A stretch of DNA of 63,761 nucleotides, filler included, from Vannella sp. (lineage: Eukaryota), in assembly GCA_023345925.1 (NCBI GenBank). It is 6 parts of 6 records of this genome, joined end to end, with 100 filler letters (N's around TTAATTAATTAA, not from the genome) between each part and the next. Parts side by side here need not be neighbours in the genome. Positions count along the whole stretch, not along the records: positions 44,658 to 54,790 come from JAJQQN010001239.1; positions 54,891 to 59,977 come from JAJQQN010000766.1; positions 60,078 to 63,761 come from JAJQQN010000700.1; 3 more parts are not named here. One strand, given 5' to 3'. Below the pieces are notes generated by a model. The model was given only the letters and a program-made list of their open reading frames with translations. It was not told the origin of the DNA and made no database searches. Position numbers and translations under genes: made by a program. Of the stretch, positions 51,877 through 63,312 are shown piece by piece; position 1 is the first letter of the stretch; every line of letters starts with the position of its first letter.

Positions 51877-53831
51877 CTAACACCGGGGTTTGGTCTTTGG
51901 CACTACTTTAGGCCCAGTTGGCCCTGTAGAGATGTTGCAAGCATTGATCTCTTTGCCATATCGAAGGGTGGAGAGGTGTGCTTGACCCTCGTCTGGGTTA
52001 TTGGTCAAACTGACTAAGAAAAGTGTCTTCGAGCCGCTGTGCAAGCTATTACGGAGCATAGACGTTAGCTGGCTCTTCTGGAACGGAACAGAAGCATCTT
52101 GGTTGGCCAAAGCGCTTATCACTGCATTCAAACAAGCCGCTGAGCGATCCTGAGAGGAGGTAGGAGGAGCGAGAGCAGTAATGTTCAGGAATCCCTCGCT
52201 TGTCTCTCCTGTAGAGGACTTCTCTGCCCTCACATGGACCTGGAACAGAAGCGTACTCTCTGCCAGGTCGTCAGAAGAGGGATATTCGTCTAATAGACTC
52301 GATAGTTGGCCTGTGCGCTTCACTCTGACGTATTTGACGCTTCCCAGCATCGCTTTCTCTGCTTCTGGTCGTGGACAAGGCTTGGTTGAGGGACACGCAG
52401 CAAAGACATCAACGACTTGCTCATTCTGAATGGCCAAACAGCAAAGGGCCAAAGAGATCTTCCATCCAGACTTCTTTTGTCGCTTTCTAGCATCAAGCAA
52501 AGAGGTGACAGCAAAGTGAATGAGTCCCCTGGTGAAGGAAGCCTGTTGCAGTGGCCCAGAGTCACTGGAATGGCCATAGGTGAAGATGTTGACTCCCGCC
52601 CCTTCCACACAAGACTTGAGGAGGTCCTGGAGCTCTTCGAACACTTGGAGGTCAGTGCAAGTAGGTGGTAGAACCTTGTCAAACTCAAACTGGAGCAGAG
52701 CAGAGCCGCTGTGAGCATTTCGATTCATTTGGAGGGTTTGACCTCGCCATGGGTCAGGGAAGGAGTAAAGGGGCTCTTCGCAGTCACCTTCTACAGTCTG
52801 ACATACCCTGATAAACACACGAACCGTCCCTTTGAGGTCAAGGATGGTCTCGTGGAGCTGGCGACGAGTAAGTTCATCTTCGCGAGCTACTTTCTCTAGT
52901 TGCTCGATGTGCTCAGCGTTCTCCTTCACAGACAACTCAAGGAGGTGTATCGTCTCTGCATTCGACTTGTTAGAAGCCTGACTGCCCACCAGAGCCTCCT
53001 GTAGTCCGAGCAAAGTGGTCTCGTTGATGGAGAACTGGGTCTCTTGGTCTGACAGAGAGCTTCTCGCTTCGTTCAAAGATGTTGTTGTAGCTGAGTGATG
53101 TTGTTGCAGAGTCTGATGAACAGAAGAGAGAGCATCAAAGGTTCCCTGCTGAGTCTCAAGCTGAAGCGCGTATCTGTCCCTCGTTTGCTGGAGAGTATCC
53201 TGTAGTTGGCTGGTGGTCACCGATCGTTGTTCTTGCTCTGTTCTCAGCCTATCTCGGTCGCCTTCTAAGATGATCTGCTTTGATTGAGCCGCCTCCAACT
53301 GAGAACGGGTCGCCTCGCTGCCCTCTTTGGTCTGTACGAGTTGGCTGGCTACTGACTGCTGCTCAGCTTGTGCTTCTGCCACAATAGTCTCTAAGGACGC
53401 CTTCTGCTTCAAGAGAGCGGTCCCCTCCTTCTTGATTGCGTCAGCAACGGCAGCTGCATTCAACTCTGAGGTCTCCTTTGTGATTGCTTTGGAGGTGGTG
53501 ACCGCATTCCGTTGCTTCTTTGGTTCAGGGACCCCTGAGCTGCTTGGAAGTACTCTCTTTCTGGAGATCGGGAGTGCGGTTGGCATGTTCTCCTTTGTGT
53601 TCGGTTGGGGGCGACTTGTTTGAGGTCTTCCTGGTGCTCGAACAGCTAAAGGAACTCGAGTTTGAGTAATGCGAGCCAATGTCCTCGAGGGAGCGCTCCC
53701 AGCACGCTGTGCAGCGACCTTACGAGCATATTCTGCTCTCTTTGCGTGCGCACTTTGAGTGACTTTTCCATCTCCCCGCTTTCTCCTTGTTAGTGTACAA
53801 CTCTGACGCAAAGATAACTCACATCGCCCAT
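51877..53831 (-). CDS. Kinesin-14-like protein with a degenerate (pseudo-) motor domain, 2 exons
   Basis: MGD micro-exon, basic tail, long coiled coil, neck RRQLHETILDLKGTVRVFIRV, then FEFDKV, VPFQKSQLT.ML..SL..SKTL and STLRY. The nucleotide-binding motifs are missing. Confidence 0.88.
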
Positions 53832-53874
53832 GGATCGCGATTGCTTCGAAATGGCCTCATTATCCTTTCCCAAC

Positions 53875-53896
53875 TTCCCGCCCATTTTCCCGCCAA
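53875..53896. promoter_or_regulatory. Tandem E2F-type sites upstream of the kinesin gene
   Basis: TTCCCGCC (53875-53882) and TTTTCCCGCCAA (53885-53896); a CHR-like TTCGAA lies at ~53845. Confidence 0.55.
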
Positions 53897-54169
53897 CTGA
53901 CATTGACTCTTCTCAGAAGTGTAATCATCCTTCCTGGATCAGGAAAGACGGCGTGTGGCAATGCGCAGCAAAAGGATTCACCGTAACACCAAACTACGAG
54001 CCGTTGGAGAGTCCATACCCGCTGGCTCTGTCCCTCTTTATTTGATGGCCAAAGAAGCAACAAAACAAGTTATGAGATTTTACTGGAGAGCTGAATTCTC
54101 TTGAGGCTGGCCAAAAGGTCCTCCAAAACACCTCCTTTTGGCTCATTCGTTATGCTCACGGTCAACTTG

Positions 54170-54205
54170 TCGTTTGCTGGAGAGTATCCTGTAGTTGGCT
54201 GGTGG
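54170..54205 (+). repeat. Exact 36-nt direct copy of kinesin CDS segment 53181-53216
   Basis: TCGTTTGCTGGAGAGTATCCTGTAGTTGGCTGGTGG occurs at both positions. Confidence 0.9.
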
Positions 54206-54442
54206 CACTTTTCTTTCGGAGGCGTGCTTCAGCGAACTCTCTTTGATGCAAGACCGTAAAGGATGGTCTTGTTGGTTCAATTGTTGGAATGTCCCAATAA
54301 GAACTTGCTGCAAGTGCATCCGTGCAGCCGAATAATCATTGCAGCTGCTAATGAACGAAGCTTCACGGTCGCCTGAAACTGGCAGGCGCCCCATTCAGGA
54401 TCCAATCAAAGAACCATCTGCAGCAGACCCTGAAAACTGAAG

Positions 54443-54790
54443 GACAAGGAACTCGTTCCTGTTCTCCGAACTGTGCTTGACCGTAGTTTTGTGCAACCCC
54501 ACTTTCTAGCCAGCCCTCAGGTATGACCAGGTCCTTTCAGACTCTGCAAACATTCATTGATCCTCATCTGAAGGTTCCTGACCTCGTTTCCGTCATGTCT
54601 CTCATTTCGGCTTTCTCTCTGTCCCTCAAACCTGAACAACGCCGAGCACTGGCTGCGTATCAGAGCCACAGATGTGATGCGTTCTCGCTAGTCCCACGCC
54701 CGCATCTCTCCAAAGCAGAACTGAGCCAGTTTGTCCTCACAACAGGCGAAACAACCTTCTTCAACTTCCCCATCGCCGCTCGGAACCTTC
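54443..54790 (+). CDS. Internal exons of an unidentified gene, truncated by the linker; start not determined
   Basis: DKELVPVLRTVLDRSFVQPHFLASPQ joins through a GTATGA..AAG intron to VPDLVSVMSLIS..., which stays open to the contig end. Confidence 0.4.
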
Positions 54791-54890
54791 NNNNNNNNNN
54801 NNNNNNNNNNNNNNNNNNNNNNNNNNNNNNNNNNTTAATTAATTAANNNNNNNNNNNNNNNNNNNNNNNNNNNNNNNNNNNNNNNNNNNN
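54791..54890. other. Artificial contig linker
   Basis: Ns around TTAATTAATTAA. Confidence 0.98.
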
Positions 54891-56124
54891 GGGAACGGCG
54901 ATGTTGGCGTCAGCGGCGGTTCCCAAGGGCACTGTGAGGCGTATTCGTACCATCTTTGAGGACCCAAAGGAGACACAAGTGCGAGACCAGCTCGAGAAGG
55001 CCTCCCTTGCAGCGGCTGGAGCGCCTAGAGAGGACGAGGAAGAACAGTTAACGCTTCCTCGTTCCAGTCTGGTGGAGATGGCGAAGCATTATCGGCGCTT
55101 GTGTGAAGAAGCTGGGGAGACGGAGTCGGTGCTATGTACAGAGATCCTTCGCGTTGCTCCTTCCACTTGCAAATCGCCGCGTTCGGCTCCGATTATCGAG
55201 GACGTCAGCTTGGATGAGTTGCGGGAGGCTCCTGGCAACAACTACTGTGCAGATTGTGGTTCTTCAGACAACTCGTGGGCCAGTACCAACCTGGGAGTGT
55301 TCCTTTGTATCCGTTGTTCGGGTGTTCATCGATCCTTGGGCGTGCACATCTCCATGGTGCTCAGCTGCACCTTAGACATCTGGACACAGCCTCTCGTACT
55401 CGCTATGGAGCAGAAGGGCAACCAGATAGTCAACCAGCTCTACGAGCATCACATCATCCGAAGTGCTTCTCCCTACGCGGTGAAGTTACAGCCTGATGCG
55501 ACGATGATAGAGCGTCAGGTCTTCATCAAAGCCAAGTACATCAACAAGACCTTCCATCAGAACAGCTTCGACTCGAGTATGGAGTCTTACCGCTTCCGAA
55601 GGAGCAAACTGGTCAACCTTCGGATCCAATCGAGCTCCCAAACGAACTTGCGCCCTCCCTCGCACGATGCGATCCCTTCTATGCCATCCATAGGAGAGAA
55701 GGCAATGATACAATACTGTGGGATCGTCTTCATTGCCGGGATTGCCCTCAAACGAATGGACGCAGACGACCCTTCGTTGTTAGGATCTCTTCGTCGAGGC
55801 GGTCCGCCTCTAGTGTCTGCTCTAACCATCTTCAAGAAGTCTATGTCACTCTCGTTCATCTTAGGTAGCCAAGTGGTGTACTGGAAGAGCTCCACGAACA
55901 AGAATGCATCAATGTTGAAACTGAATATGCCCATGGACGAGCACCACCTTGTTGTCCGTCTTCACCGACGGTCACGCTTGAACAAGGATTCCGTTTTGGT
56001 GTCCCAGCAGCTATTTGACTTGAAGAGCGACCAATTCCAGAACGGAACAGCGCTTTTGGAACTTCCTTTTCCAGAAACCTTTGTTCGCCTTTCTCTCTCT
56101 GTCACTTTGGAGAGCTTACAGTAG
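54891..56124 (+). CDS. ArfGAP with a C-terminal C2-like region; possibly 5' truncated
   Basis: PGNNYCADC..WASTNLGVFLCIRCSGVHRSLGVHISMVLSCTLDIW and FIKAKY; zinc finger and catalytic Arg are intact. Confidence 0.92.
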
Positions 56125-56464
56125 TACTCGCCTTCAACAGAGAGTGTATTTGTACAATAAACGGGTTGAATATAGATGGGACACGTTGAGCCCAGTAAAC
56201 CAAGTCCGCTAGCCATGCTCTCGCAAGAAGGCAGCCATGTCTTCAGCACTCTCGGATATGATTCCAGGCTCTCCACACACAGGCTGGTGGATAGCCCATG
56301 GGAGAGATTGGCGGAGGACTTTGGGTGCTGAGCCGTTGGAATGAATTTTGTGACAATTCCAAAAAAAATTATTTTCTGGTGAAAACTGAAGTCCGAGCGA
56401 ATTTGAGAAAGTGAGACATTTTCCTCCATTTTTCATTCTTTGGGCCCTTTTGGGTGAGGGATCA

Positions 56465-57928
56465 ATGGCTCTCCGTCTCTGTGGTTGGCTGACTTTAGGC
56501 CTGATCTTGGTGGCGTATTGTCACTGCAGAGATCTTTCTGAGGACCAAATGCTGCGTTTGGCGCTGGTTCTGACCCGACATGGTGATCGGTGCGCTTCTT
56601 CCCTTTCCTTCTCACTGTCACCTTATCTCCTTCGATAGCACCCCACTTCGTGTGTTCCCCAACACTCTTGCTCAATGGCCTGAAGGATTAGGCGTCCTCA
56701 CCCCCGTTGGTGTTCGTCAGCACCGCGAACTTGGAGCGATCTACCGCAAGAGGTTGGTCTCCCCTTCCGAGAAGCTGCTGAAGCTGAGAACCTACGCTAG
56801 ATATGTAGAGGACTTCAGTCTGGTGTCCGGAAGGTTCCAGGACCAGGAAGTTTACGTGAGATCCACCGGGAAGCAGCGCACTTTGATGAGCGCCTACAGC
56901 TTTATGAGCGGCTTCTTCCCTCCATCTGGTAACGAGACAGACACTGGCCTTCTTGGTGGTGCCCAACCTGTTCCTATCTACTCTGAGAGCCTCTCCAACG
57001 ACAAACTCATTTATGCCTACAAATCTTGCCCAGCGTTAGTGCTCTATCGAAGAGAGTCCTTGTGACTCACAAGAAATAGGATTGATCAATTGAGAAAGAT
57101 AGAGAAGCAGAAGGAGCATTGGACGAAGAGGAACGAAGAGGGCAAACATCACTTGGACCAGCTTTCCCAGATTCTGGGGATGAAGGTTGGAGTGGGCAAA
57201 TGCAGCACGATTTGGAACAATGTAATGGCAGAGCGAATTCACAACCGCGCTTCCATTCCCGAGCTTGTAGAGAACGAGGCGCTGATGAGTTTTGTGAAAG
57301 AATCTGCAGACTTTTCTGTGAGAGACTCTCTTCCGACTGTGCAGAGTGACTTACAAATGCCAGCTCCGGAATAAGTATGGAACACGCCAAATGGGAAGGC
57401 TTGGTGTCGGAACTCTTTTACAAGAGGTCAGAGCAGAACCTTAATGTGATGTCCTTAGTGTAAACATCTCGTTTAGATCCACCAAAGAATGTCCAAAAAG
57501 CTGCAAGCAAAGGAGGATAGTCCTAATTTGGTGCTTTTCTCTGCTCATGATGGAACTATTCTAACTCTCTTTTCTGCTCTCGGCTTGACTGATGCTCGTA
57601 AGTGGCATTCACTGATAGAATAGCTTTTCTTACCCATCAAAGCTCTACCTGAATATGCAGCAAGCTTATCCTTTGAACTCTACCAGAGACCAGGAGGCGA
57701 AGGATTTGTTAAGATTTTGTACAACTTGGAGCCCCTTCCTGTGCCTGGTTGTGAGATTGGCTGCTCTCTCGAGTCTTTCAAGAAGTATGCATCATATTTA
57801 GTTCAATAGCTACGCTTTAGTTCTTACTGACTCTATCCAGGCTGGTTGATGAATCTACTGCGACAGAGAAGGACTATTTTGTGGGAACCCGTGGGCCAGA
57901 AGAAGTAGCTTACAAAGGAGAATTGTAA
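56465..57928 (+). CDS. Histidine acid phosphatase (branch 2) with signal peptide, multi-exon
   Basis: Signal peptide, then RHGDR-TP, WPEGLG.LT..G, VYVRST...RTLMSA, FSAHDGT and PEYAA motifs. Ends KGEL*. Confidence 0.92.
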
Positions 57929-57940
57929 TCAAATAATAGT

Positions 57941-59977
57941 TCACTCTTTCAGATGAAGAGAAGGAGTAACGGGCAGGTTCCGAAGTATCTTTTGGGAGTT
58001 GGGCGACAACGGGATCTGGCGGAACTTCATCTGCTGCTCAATCATCGTCACTTTGTTCAATTGGTTGCTTCGGTAATAGCCGGAAAGGAATTCGTTGTAA
58101 GTGAACTTATCCGGACTCAATCCATCCCTGTGGAGTTGGTCCCACAAACGGAGTGCTTCGTTCATTTGATTGCTGTTGACGAAGCCATGAATAATAGCGT
58201 TATAAGAGAGGATGTCTGGTTTCAATGACGATCCCATAAGCTCATTCCAGTACTTCAGTGCCAAGTCCATTTGATTAAGCTTAACTAATCCGTGAAGCAA
58301 AGTGTTGTAAGCCACAACGTCAGGGGAAAGATCGCCAGTTCTCTTCATGTCCTCGAATAAGTGAAGCGCATCCATCAATCGGTCGCACTTCAAAAAGCCG
58401 TCGAGAACTTTGCTGTACATTGCAACCGTTGGAGGGAAACCAAATCGCTTGGAAGAGGACTGTGCGACATCAAAGGCCTCATCTACTGCTCCACATTCCA
58501 CCAAGCAACTGACAACAAAAGAAAAGACAGAAGGCGTCAAAGAACTGTTGCGAGAGATCTGAGCTTCTTTCAATATCTCCAAGATGCCGTCAGAGTCTCC
58601 CAATCCCACATGGAGCTTCAATATTTCGAATAGTGTGGTGGAATCGAAGTCAATATGAGCCGCACGCATCTGGCTAATGAGATGGAGTGCCTCTTGATAG
58701 TGCTTCAGACCAATTCTCCATCCCAACAGAACATTAAAGGTTGCCGTATCAAAACTGAGGCCTAAAAGCTTCATATCGTCGACAAATCCAGATAATTCTG
58801 TAAACCTCCGGTCCTTCAAGAAGCTGCCAATCACTTGGTTGCGAATAGTAGAGTCCACCTGAATGTTTGCGCCTTTCATCTCCAAAAGTATCTTCTGAAC
58901 GAGATGAGAGCTTCTGGGTTGTTGCAAGGCAGCCTTAATGCGAATACTAAACGTTGTCTTGTCAGGAACAAAGCCAGCCACTTCCAACTCCTTCAAAAGA
59001 GCCTCCAAGTCCCCGAAACGGCGATTCGAAGCGTAAATATCCGCTAATACGTGAAAAGTGACAAGGTTTGCCTCAACTCCCGCCTCTAGCATTTGCTTAT
59101 AATAACGCTCTGCCGCGTCAAACCTCTTTGCTTTGGCAAAGCCATCGATGATGGCAGTAAATGTGATCACATTTGGGCGAATTCCAATCTCTGTCATTGT
59201 TTGCAGAAGCTCTCCTGCTTGGCGAAGGCGCCGATTCCTCATGCAAGAATGAATCATGCTCGAAAAGGTCACTACATTGGGTAAGACGCCATGCGCTTGC
59301 AGGAGATCGAGACTCTCCTTCACATCGCCAAATGCATTGTCTTCCAATAATGCATGAACCACTTGAGTGACCGTCATTACGTTGGGGAAAGACCCTTCTG
59401 ACATCATTTGGTTCAGAAGCTCTCGAGCATAACTGGACTGGCCCCTTGTGGAAGCAAATAGCTTAATCCATTGGCCATAAGCTTGCGCTGGAAGAGATCC
59501 CCCGCTCTCCCTGATGTGTTGAATGAGCTGAAAGGCTCTCTCAAACTCTTTTGCTTCTACCAAATGTTTGAGAAGGGGCTGTGCCGCCTCGTAGCTTGGA
59601 GAGAGACTTTGGCGAAGAAAGAGCTCAGCCAGATCGGCTGCTCCTTCTGAGAGGAAGGACTGGACCAGCGCATGCTGGTTGATGGTAACCTTAGGGAGTC
59701 CTTTGTTGGGAGAGGAGAGGGTTTCAATCACTCTGATCGCTTGGGGCAGCTGCTTCTCTTGCACAAGATTGCAGACGAGCTGAGTGATCAGCTGCTGATC
59801 AGGAGAAACACCATAGCTTGGCATGCTATCAAACAGGTGTACCGCATCGCCGGTCTGCTTGTTCCGAAGATATCCACGCATGAGGATTGCGCAACTCGAC
59901 AAGGTTGGCTGCCGCCCCTGCCCCAACAGCTCGTGAAAGTAGCTCACCGACTCTCCCAACCGTCCTGTCCCCACCAG
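57941..59977 (-). CDS. P-class pentatricopeptide repeat protein; 5' truncated
   Basis: Many 35-aa repeats such as PNVVTFSSMIH, PNVITFTAIIDGF, PDVVAYNTLLHG and PDILSYNAIIHG. Confidence 0.93.
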   Translation of the reverse strand: MVGTGRLGESVSYFHELLGQGRQPTLSSCAILMRGYLRNKQTGDAVHLFDSMPSYGVSPDQQLITQLVCNLVQEKQLPQAIRVIETLSSPNKGLPKVTINQHALVQSFLSEGAADLAELFLRQSLSPSYEAAQPLLKHLVEAKEFERAFQLIQHIRESGGSLPAQAYGQWIKLFASTRGQSSYARELLNQMMSEGSFPNVMTVTQVVHALLEDNAFGDVKESLDLLQAHGVLPNVVTFSSMIHSCMRNRRLRQAGELLQTMTEIGIRPNVITFTAIIDGFAKAKRFDAAERYYKQMLEAGVEANLVTFHVLADIYASNRRFGDLEALLKELEVAGFVPDKTTFSIRIKAALQQPRSSHLVQKILLEMKGANIQVDSTIRNQVIGSFLKDRRFTELSGFVDDMKLLGLSFDTATFNVLLGWRIGLKHYQEALHLISQMRAAHIDFDSTTLFEILKLHVGLGDSDGILEILKEAQISRNSSLTPSVFSFVVSCLVECGAVDEAFDVAQSSSKRFGFPPTVAMYSKVLDGFLKCDRLMDALHLFEDMKRTGDLSPDVVAYNTLLHGLVKLNQMDLALKYWNELMGSSLKPDILSYNAIIHGFVNSNQMNEALRLWDQLHRDGLSPDKFTYNEFLSGYYRSNQLNKVTMIEQQMKFRQIPLSPNSQKILRNLPVTPSLHLKE

Positions 59978-60077
59978 NNNNNNNNNNNNNNNNNNNNNNN
60001 NNNNNNNNNNNNNNNNNNNNNTTAATTAATTAANNNNNNNNNNNNNNNNNNNNNNNNNNNNNNNNNNNNNNNNNNNN
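59978..60077. other. Artificial contig linker
   Basis: Ns around TTAATTAATTAA. Confidence 0.98.
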
Positions 60078-60321
60078 GCCATCGCCCAAGGAAAGAGAAG
60101 ATGTGATTACCTCACTTCAACTCTCCAGCGAGAGAATCTCCGAGGCCAGGCGGCCTCCTTCGCACCAAGACTCGGAAGGACCATTAAAAGGGCCCAAAAT
60201 CGATGCTGAGTGAGTGGAATCGGATTTTTATATGTTTTTAGGTTTTCAACTTTCTTCGTCCAATGCGGGATCAGTTGCGCAGGATGGTGGATTCTTTTAT
60301 GGTTGGGCGGTCTGAATCAGA

Positions 60322-62132
60322 TCAAGTGTTAGAGGGAGTCATTGCTTTGAAGAAAGAGAAGCGGAGGAGAAAGGTTGGAGGCACTTTCGAGATCGGTCTG
60401 GCCTTCTGCACCCACAGGACGATGGCGGCCATCACTTGTAGCACCGCGAATGATACAAAGAGGGCAGTGAACCCGCGCTAGAAGAACTTCGAGTCAGGAA
60501 ATAGACAAGGAGAGTCATTGGGTTCTTACAGGGCCGTAATCGCTCACCAACGCATCAAGGTTGGGAACAACGACAGTGGCAAGCAGAGAGCCCAAATTCA
60601 CAAAGCTATAAGCCATACCAAAGTTACGAGGGCCGAATACTTCACTGGTCACTGTTGGGAAGAGAGTAAAGGAGAATCCAAACCCAAAGCCCACAGAAAC
60701 CACCAGAACAGCAAATAAGGCGTTCCACCCCTCCCCTGTTGGCAAGAAGAAGAGCATAGCTGAGAGGGAAAGCAAGACACTGGCACATCCAATGAAATAG
60801 ACAGAAATGAAACGCTCTCGTGTCAGAATCTTTCGCCGGAAAAGAAGGTCAGAGAGTCCCCCAGCAGCAAAGTTCGCTCCAGCATTAGCAAAAGAGAAGA
60901 GAATAGAGATAGTTGATACTTCCGCTGAGCTTCCAGTAAAATCCTCCCACAAGTTGGTCGTCTCTGCGAGTTGCCAGTGAGCTGAAGGGCGAAGTCTCTG
61001 GAAAAAGATGACTTACGCGTGACAACCAACAGCCCATAGCCCACTCCACAGAAGAATCCAAAGAACAGCGACCAATAGAAGGGGTTAAACAGAATCAGAA
61101 TGGACTGCCGAGGAGTGAGTGGAAGGTCAGGTTCCCGTGGACTCGTTGAGGAGCTAATTCGGCGCCTCTCCTCCACTTTTGACCCACTGAGAACACCAGG
61201 ATGAACTGGAGAGTCTCCTTCAAAGCTACTCTTCTCTGAGTCCCCGTTGATGGAGGAGGTAGACACGTCCATGGGGGAATCTGGTTCAACGCTTCCTCCT
61301 ATTCTGGGAGAGGATGGGGCCACGCTCGTCTCAGCCACAGGGAAGAAGCAGAGGAGCTCTTTTGAACAGATACACAGGATCCCCGTTGTTGCAAGCACCA
61401 CCATCGTGAGAACTAGAGTGGTCAAGGCTCCTCCCCAGCACTCATCGGGGCAATCGCGCCATATTGTGAAGCCTGGCGACGAAGAGATTAGAAAGGTTGG
61501 AGTAGACGAGGACAACGAACGGTTCTCAACAAAGACAGTGAATGCCATGGACAGGCTCATCGAGATGCAAGGCAGACTGACCGCCAAACCAGGTCGTGAA
61601 GGCATGGCAGTGAAGGCTGAGCCCATGGCACATAAGAAGCATGTACCAGATCCTGATCCCACCATGGCGTAGCCCACAATGAGGACAACAAGCATCAGAT
61701 TCTTCTCCTCTAATCTGAAGGCATCAGGTGAGGGCTAGAGTCACAGAAAGACATACCAGTAGAGTTCTTAGAGTCTATAAAGGATGCACCTATCATGATA
61801 AGGTAGCCAGAGACGAGAATAGCAACTCCCACGATGGCAACCCGAATAGCACCGAACCTGTCCATGGCGAGGCCCGGAAAGAAGGTGAAGTAGAGCCCAA
61901 AGAGACCAACAGTCTGAATGAAGGCGATCTCCCAGCTTGCATAGCCTTCTGAGTTCTCGATCATGGTCGTCAAGTTGTTGACAGCATTCTGGCGCTCCCT
62001 TTAGGGATCGCACGCCCTTTCTGCCTCAGAAGGACGTACCACAGTCCCAGATACTAATGCCAGCTGCATTGTCCCCAGAAGAGTGACCCACTGTATGACA
62101 CTCCGCCCCGTTTGGGAGGAGAGGAAGGTCAT
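60322..62132 (-). CDS. MFS transporter (nodulin-like/Mch1 type), multi-exon
   Basis: PGLAMDRFG, AGGLSDLL and SEVFGPRNFG motifs, with two TM bundles around a Ser-rich loop. The 3' end is approximate. Confidence 0.85.
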
Positions 62133-62223
62133 CACCACCGCCCTTGTGGAATGTTAATGTTGGTGAGAGCTGGTTATTAGGCAATGCCAGTAAGAAGACA
62201 AAATCATTGTTGTATGCCAAGGC

Positions 62224-63312
62224 TCACTCAAAGTCGGTCCAGATATAGGACAACTCAAAAACAGAGCAAAGGGAAGGGGTGTAACGCGGTGGCGTGTTGT
62301 AAATGATCACTTGGTGAAGGAAATCAGGATCAAAGTGATGATGATTGAAACGGCCTTGGTTATACATAAAGTAGGCAACGTATTGCATGTCCACCACTGC
62401 TTGGATGGAGTGGTTCATCTCTTCCCAAGCCTTCCACTCATAAGCCAAGCGAGAAGGGTGGAATTGCAAGCCCCAGATGGGATAATGTCTCCCTTCGTAA
62501 CTGCTTACAAATGCTTTGCCATTCCGGTCAAAGTTAGTAGAAAGCACGGCCACCATGGAAGACAGAGTAGATGAATTCAGATACTTGTCCGGAGAAAGTC
62601 CATTGTTGTGTGCGTTGAACGTGACGTTGTTCGTGGAGAGGCTTTTGTACACACTAGCTGGAACAGATCCAAAGAGGAGGCTCTCTGGTGCAGCACCAGT
62701 AAAGTCCAGGGGAAGACTCAAGTTCTGTGCCTTGAAATCAAAGTCCAATATCTGGCAGTCAGAGTCTGCCATCATCACATTCAACATCTATCCGTCTACA
62801 TTCAGCATATCATGGGCTATTCTTGCTGTACCTACCTCCATTCCCTGGCAAATACCAAATACTGGGAAATAGTCTCCAGCATCGTTCGCATCCAGCGCCA
62901 GATCGACCAGATACTTGGCGTTATCGTAGAAGACGGTTCCAGGTGTGAAGTCTGCATCTCCTCCTGGGAGGAGCAAGCCATTAATGGACTGGAAGAGCCT
63001 CAAAAGGTAAGCGCGAGGGGCATCGTGAGGGATGGGCACCACCCGCGCCCCAACAGACTCCAAAAGCTTGACGTAACTGGCCGGGAGGTACTTTGTTCCC
63101 AACGACGAAAGGTTGCAACCACTCTCCGCGATGATCGGCTGATCGAGGATGCCAATCACCATCTCGTTGTTCAAAGGTCTTCCCAACCCACGTCAGTCTC
63201 TCTTGTGTGAACTCTCTACCTACCCTTTGGGAGGAATAGGACTCGCTTGTACCGAGCACGCGCACACAAAGAGGAGCAAAAGACCCCACACACGAGCCCC
63301 TCCCGCAGCCAT
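62224..63312 (-). CDS. GGH: Gamma-glutamyl hydrolase (peptidase C26) with signal peptide, 3 exons
   Basis: YLPASYVKLLESVGARVVPI, INGLLLPGG, YFPVFGICQGME and YPIWGLQFHP motifs. Confidence 0.92.

Noticed and set aside
53830..54045. 71-aa plus-strand ORF
   Set aside because: It overlaps the kinesin ATG and the E2F-like promoter sites and has no recognisable motif; probably spurious.
57941..59977. PPR protein as an RNA-editing factor
   Set aside because: The C-terminus has no E/DYW deaminase domain, so it looks like an ordinary P-class PPR.
60078..60211. Possible 3' end of a plus-strand gene at the contig edge
   Set aside because: The frame is ambiguous and shows no motif.
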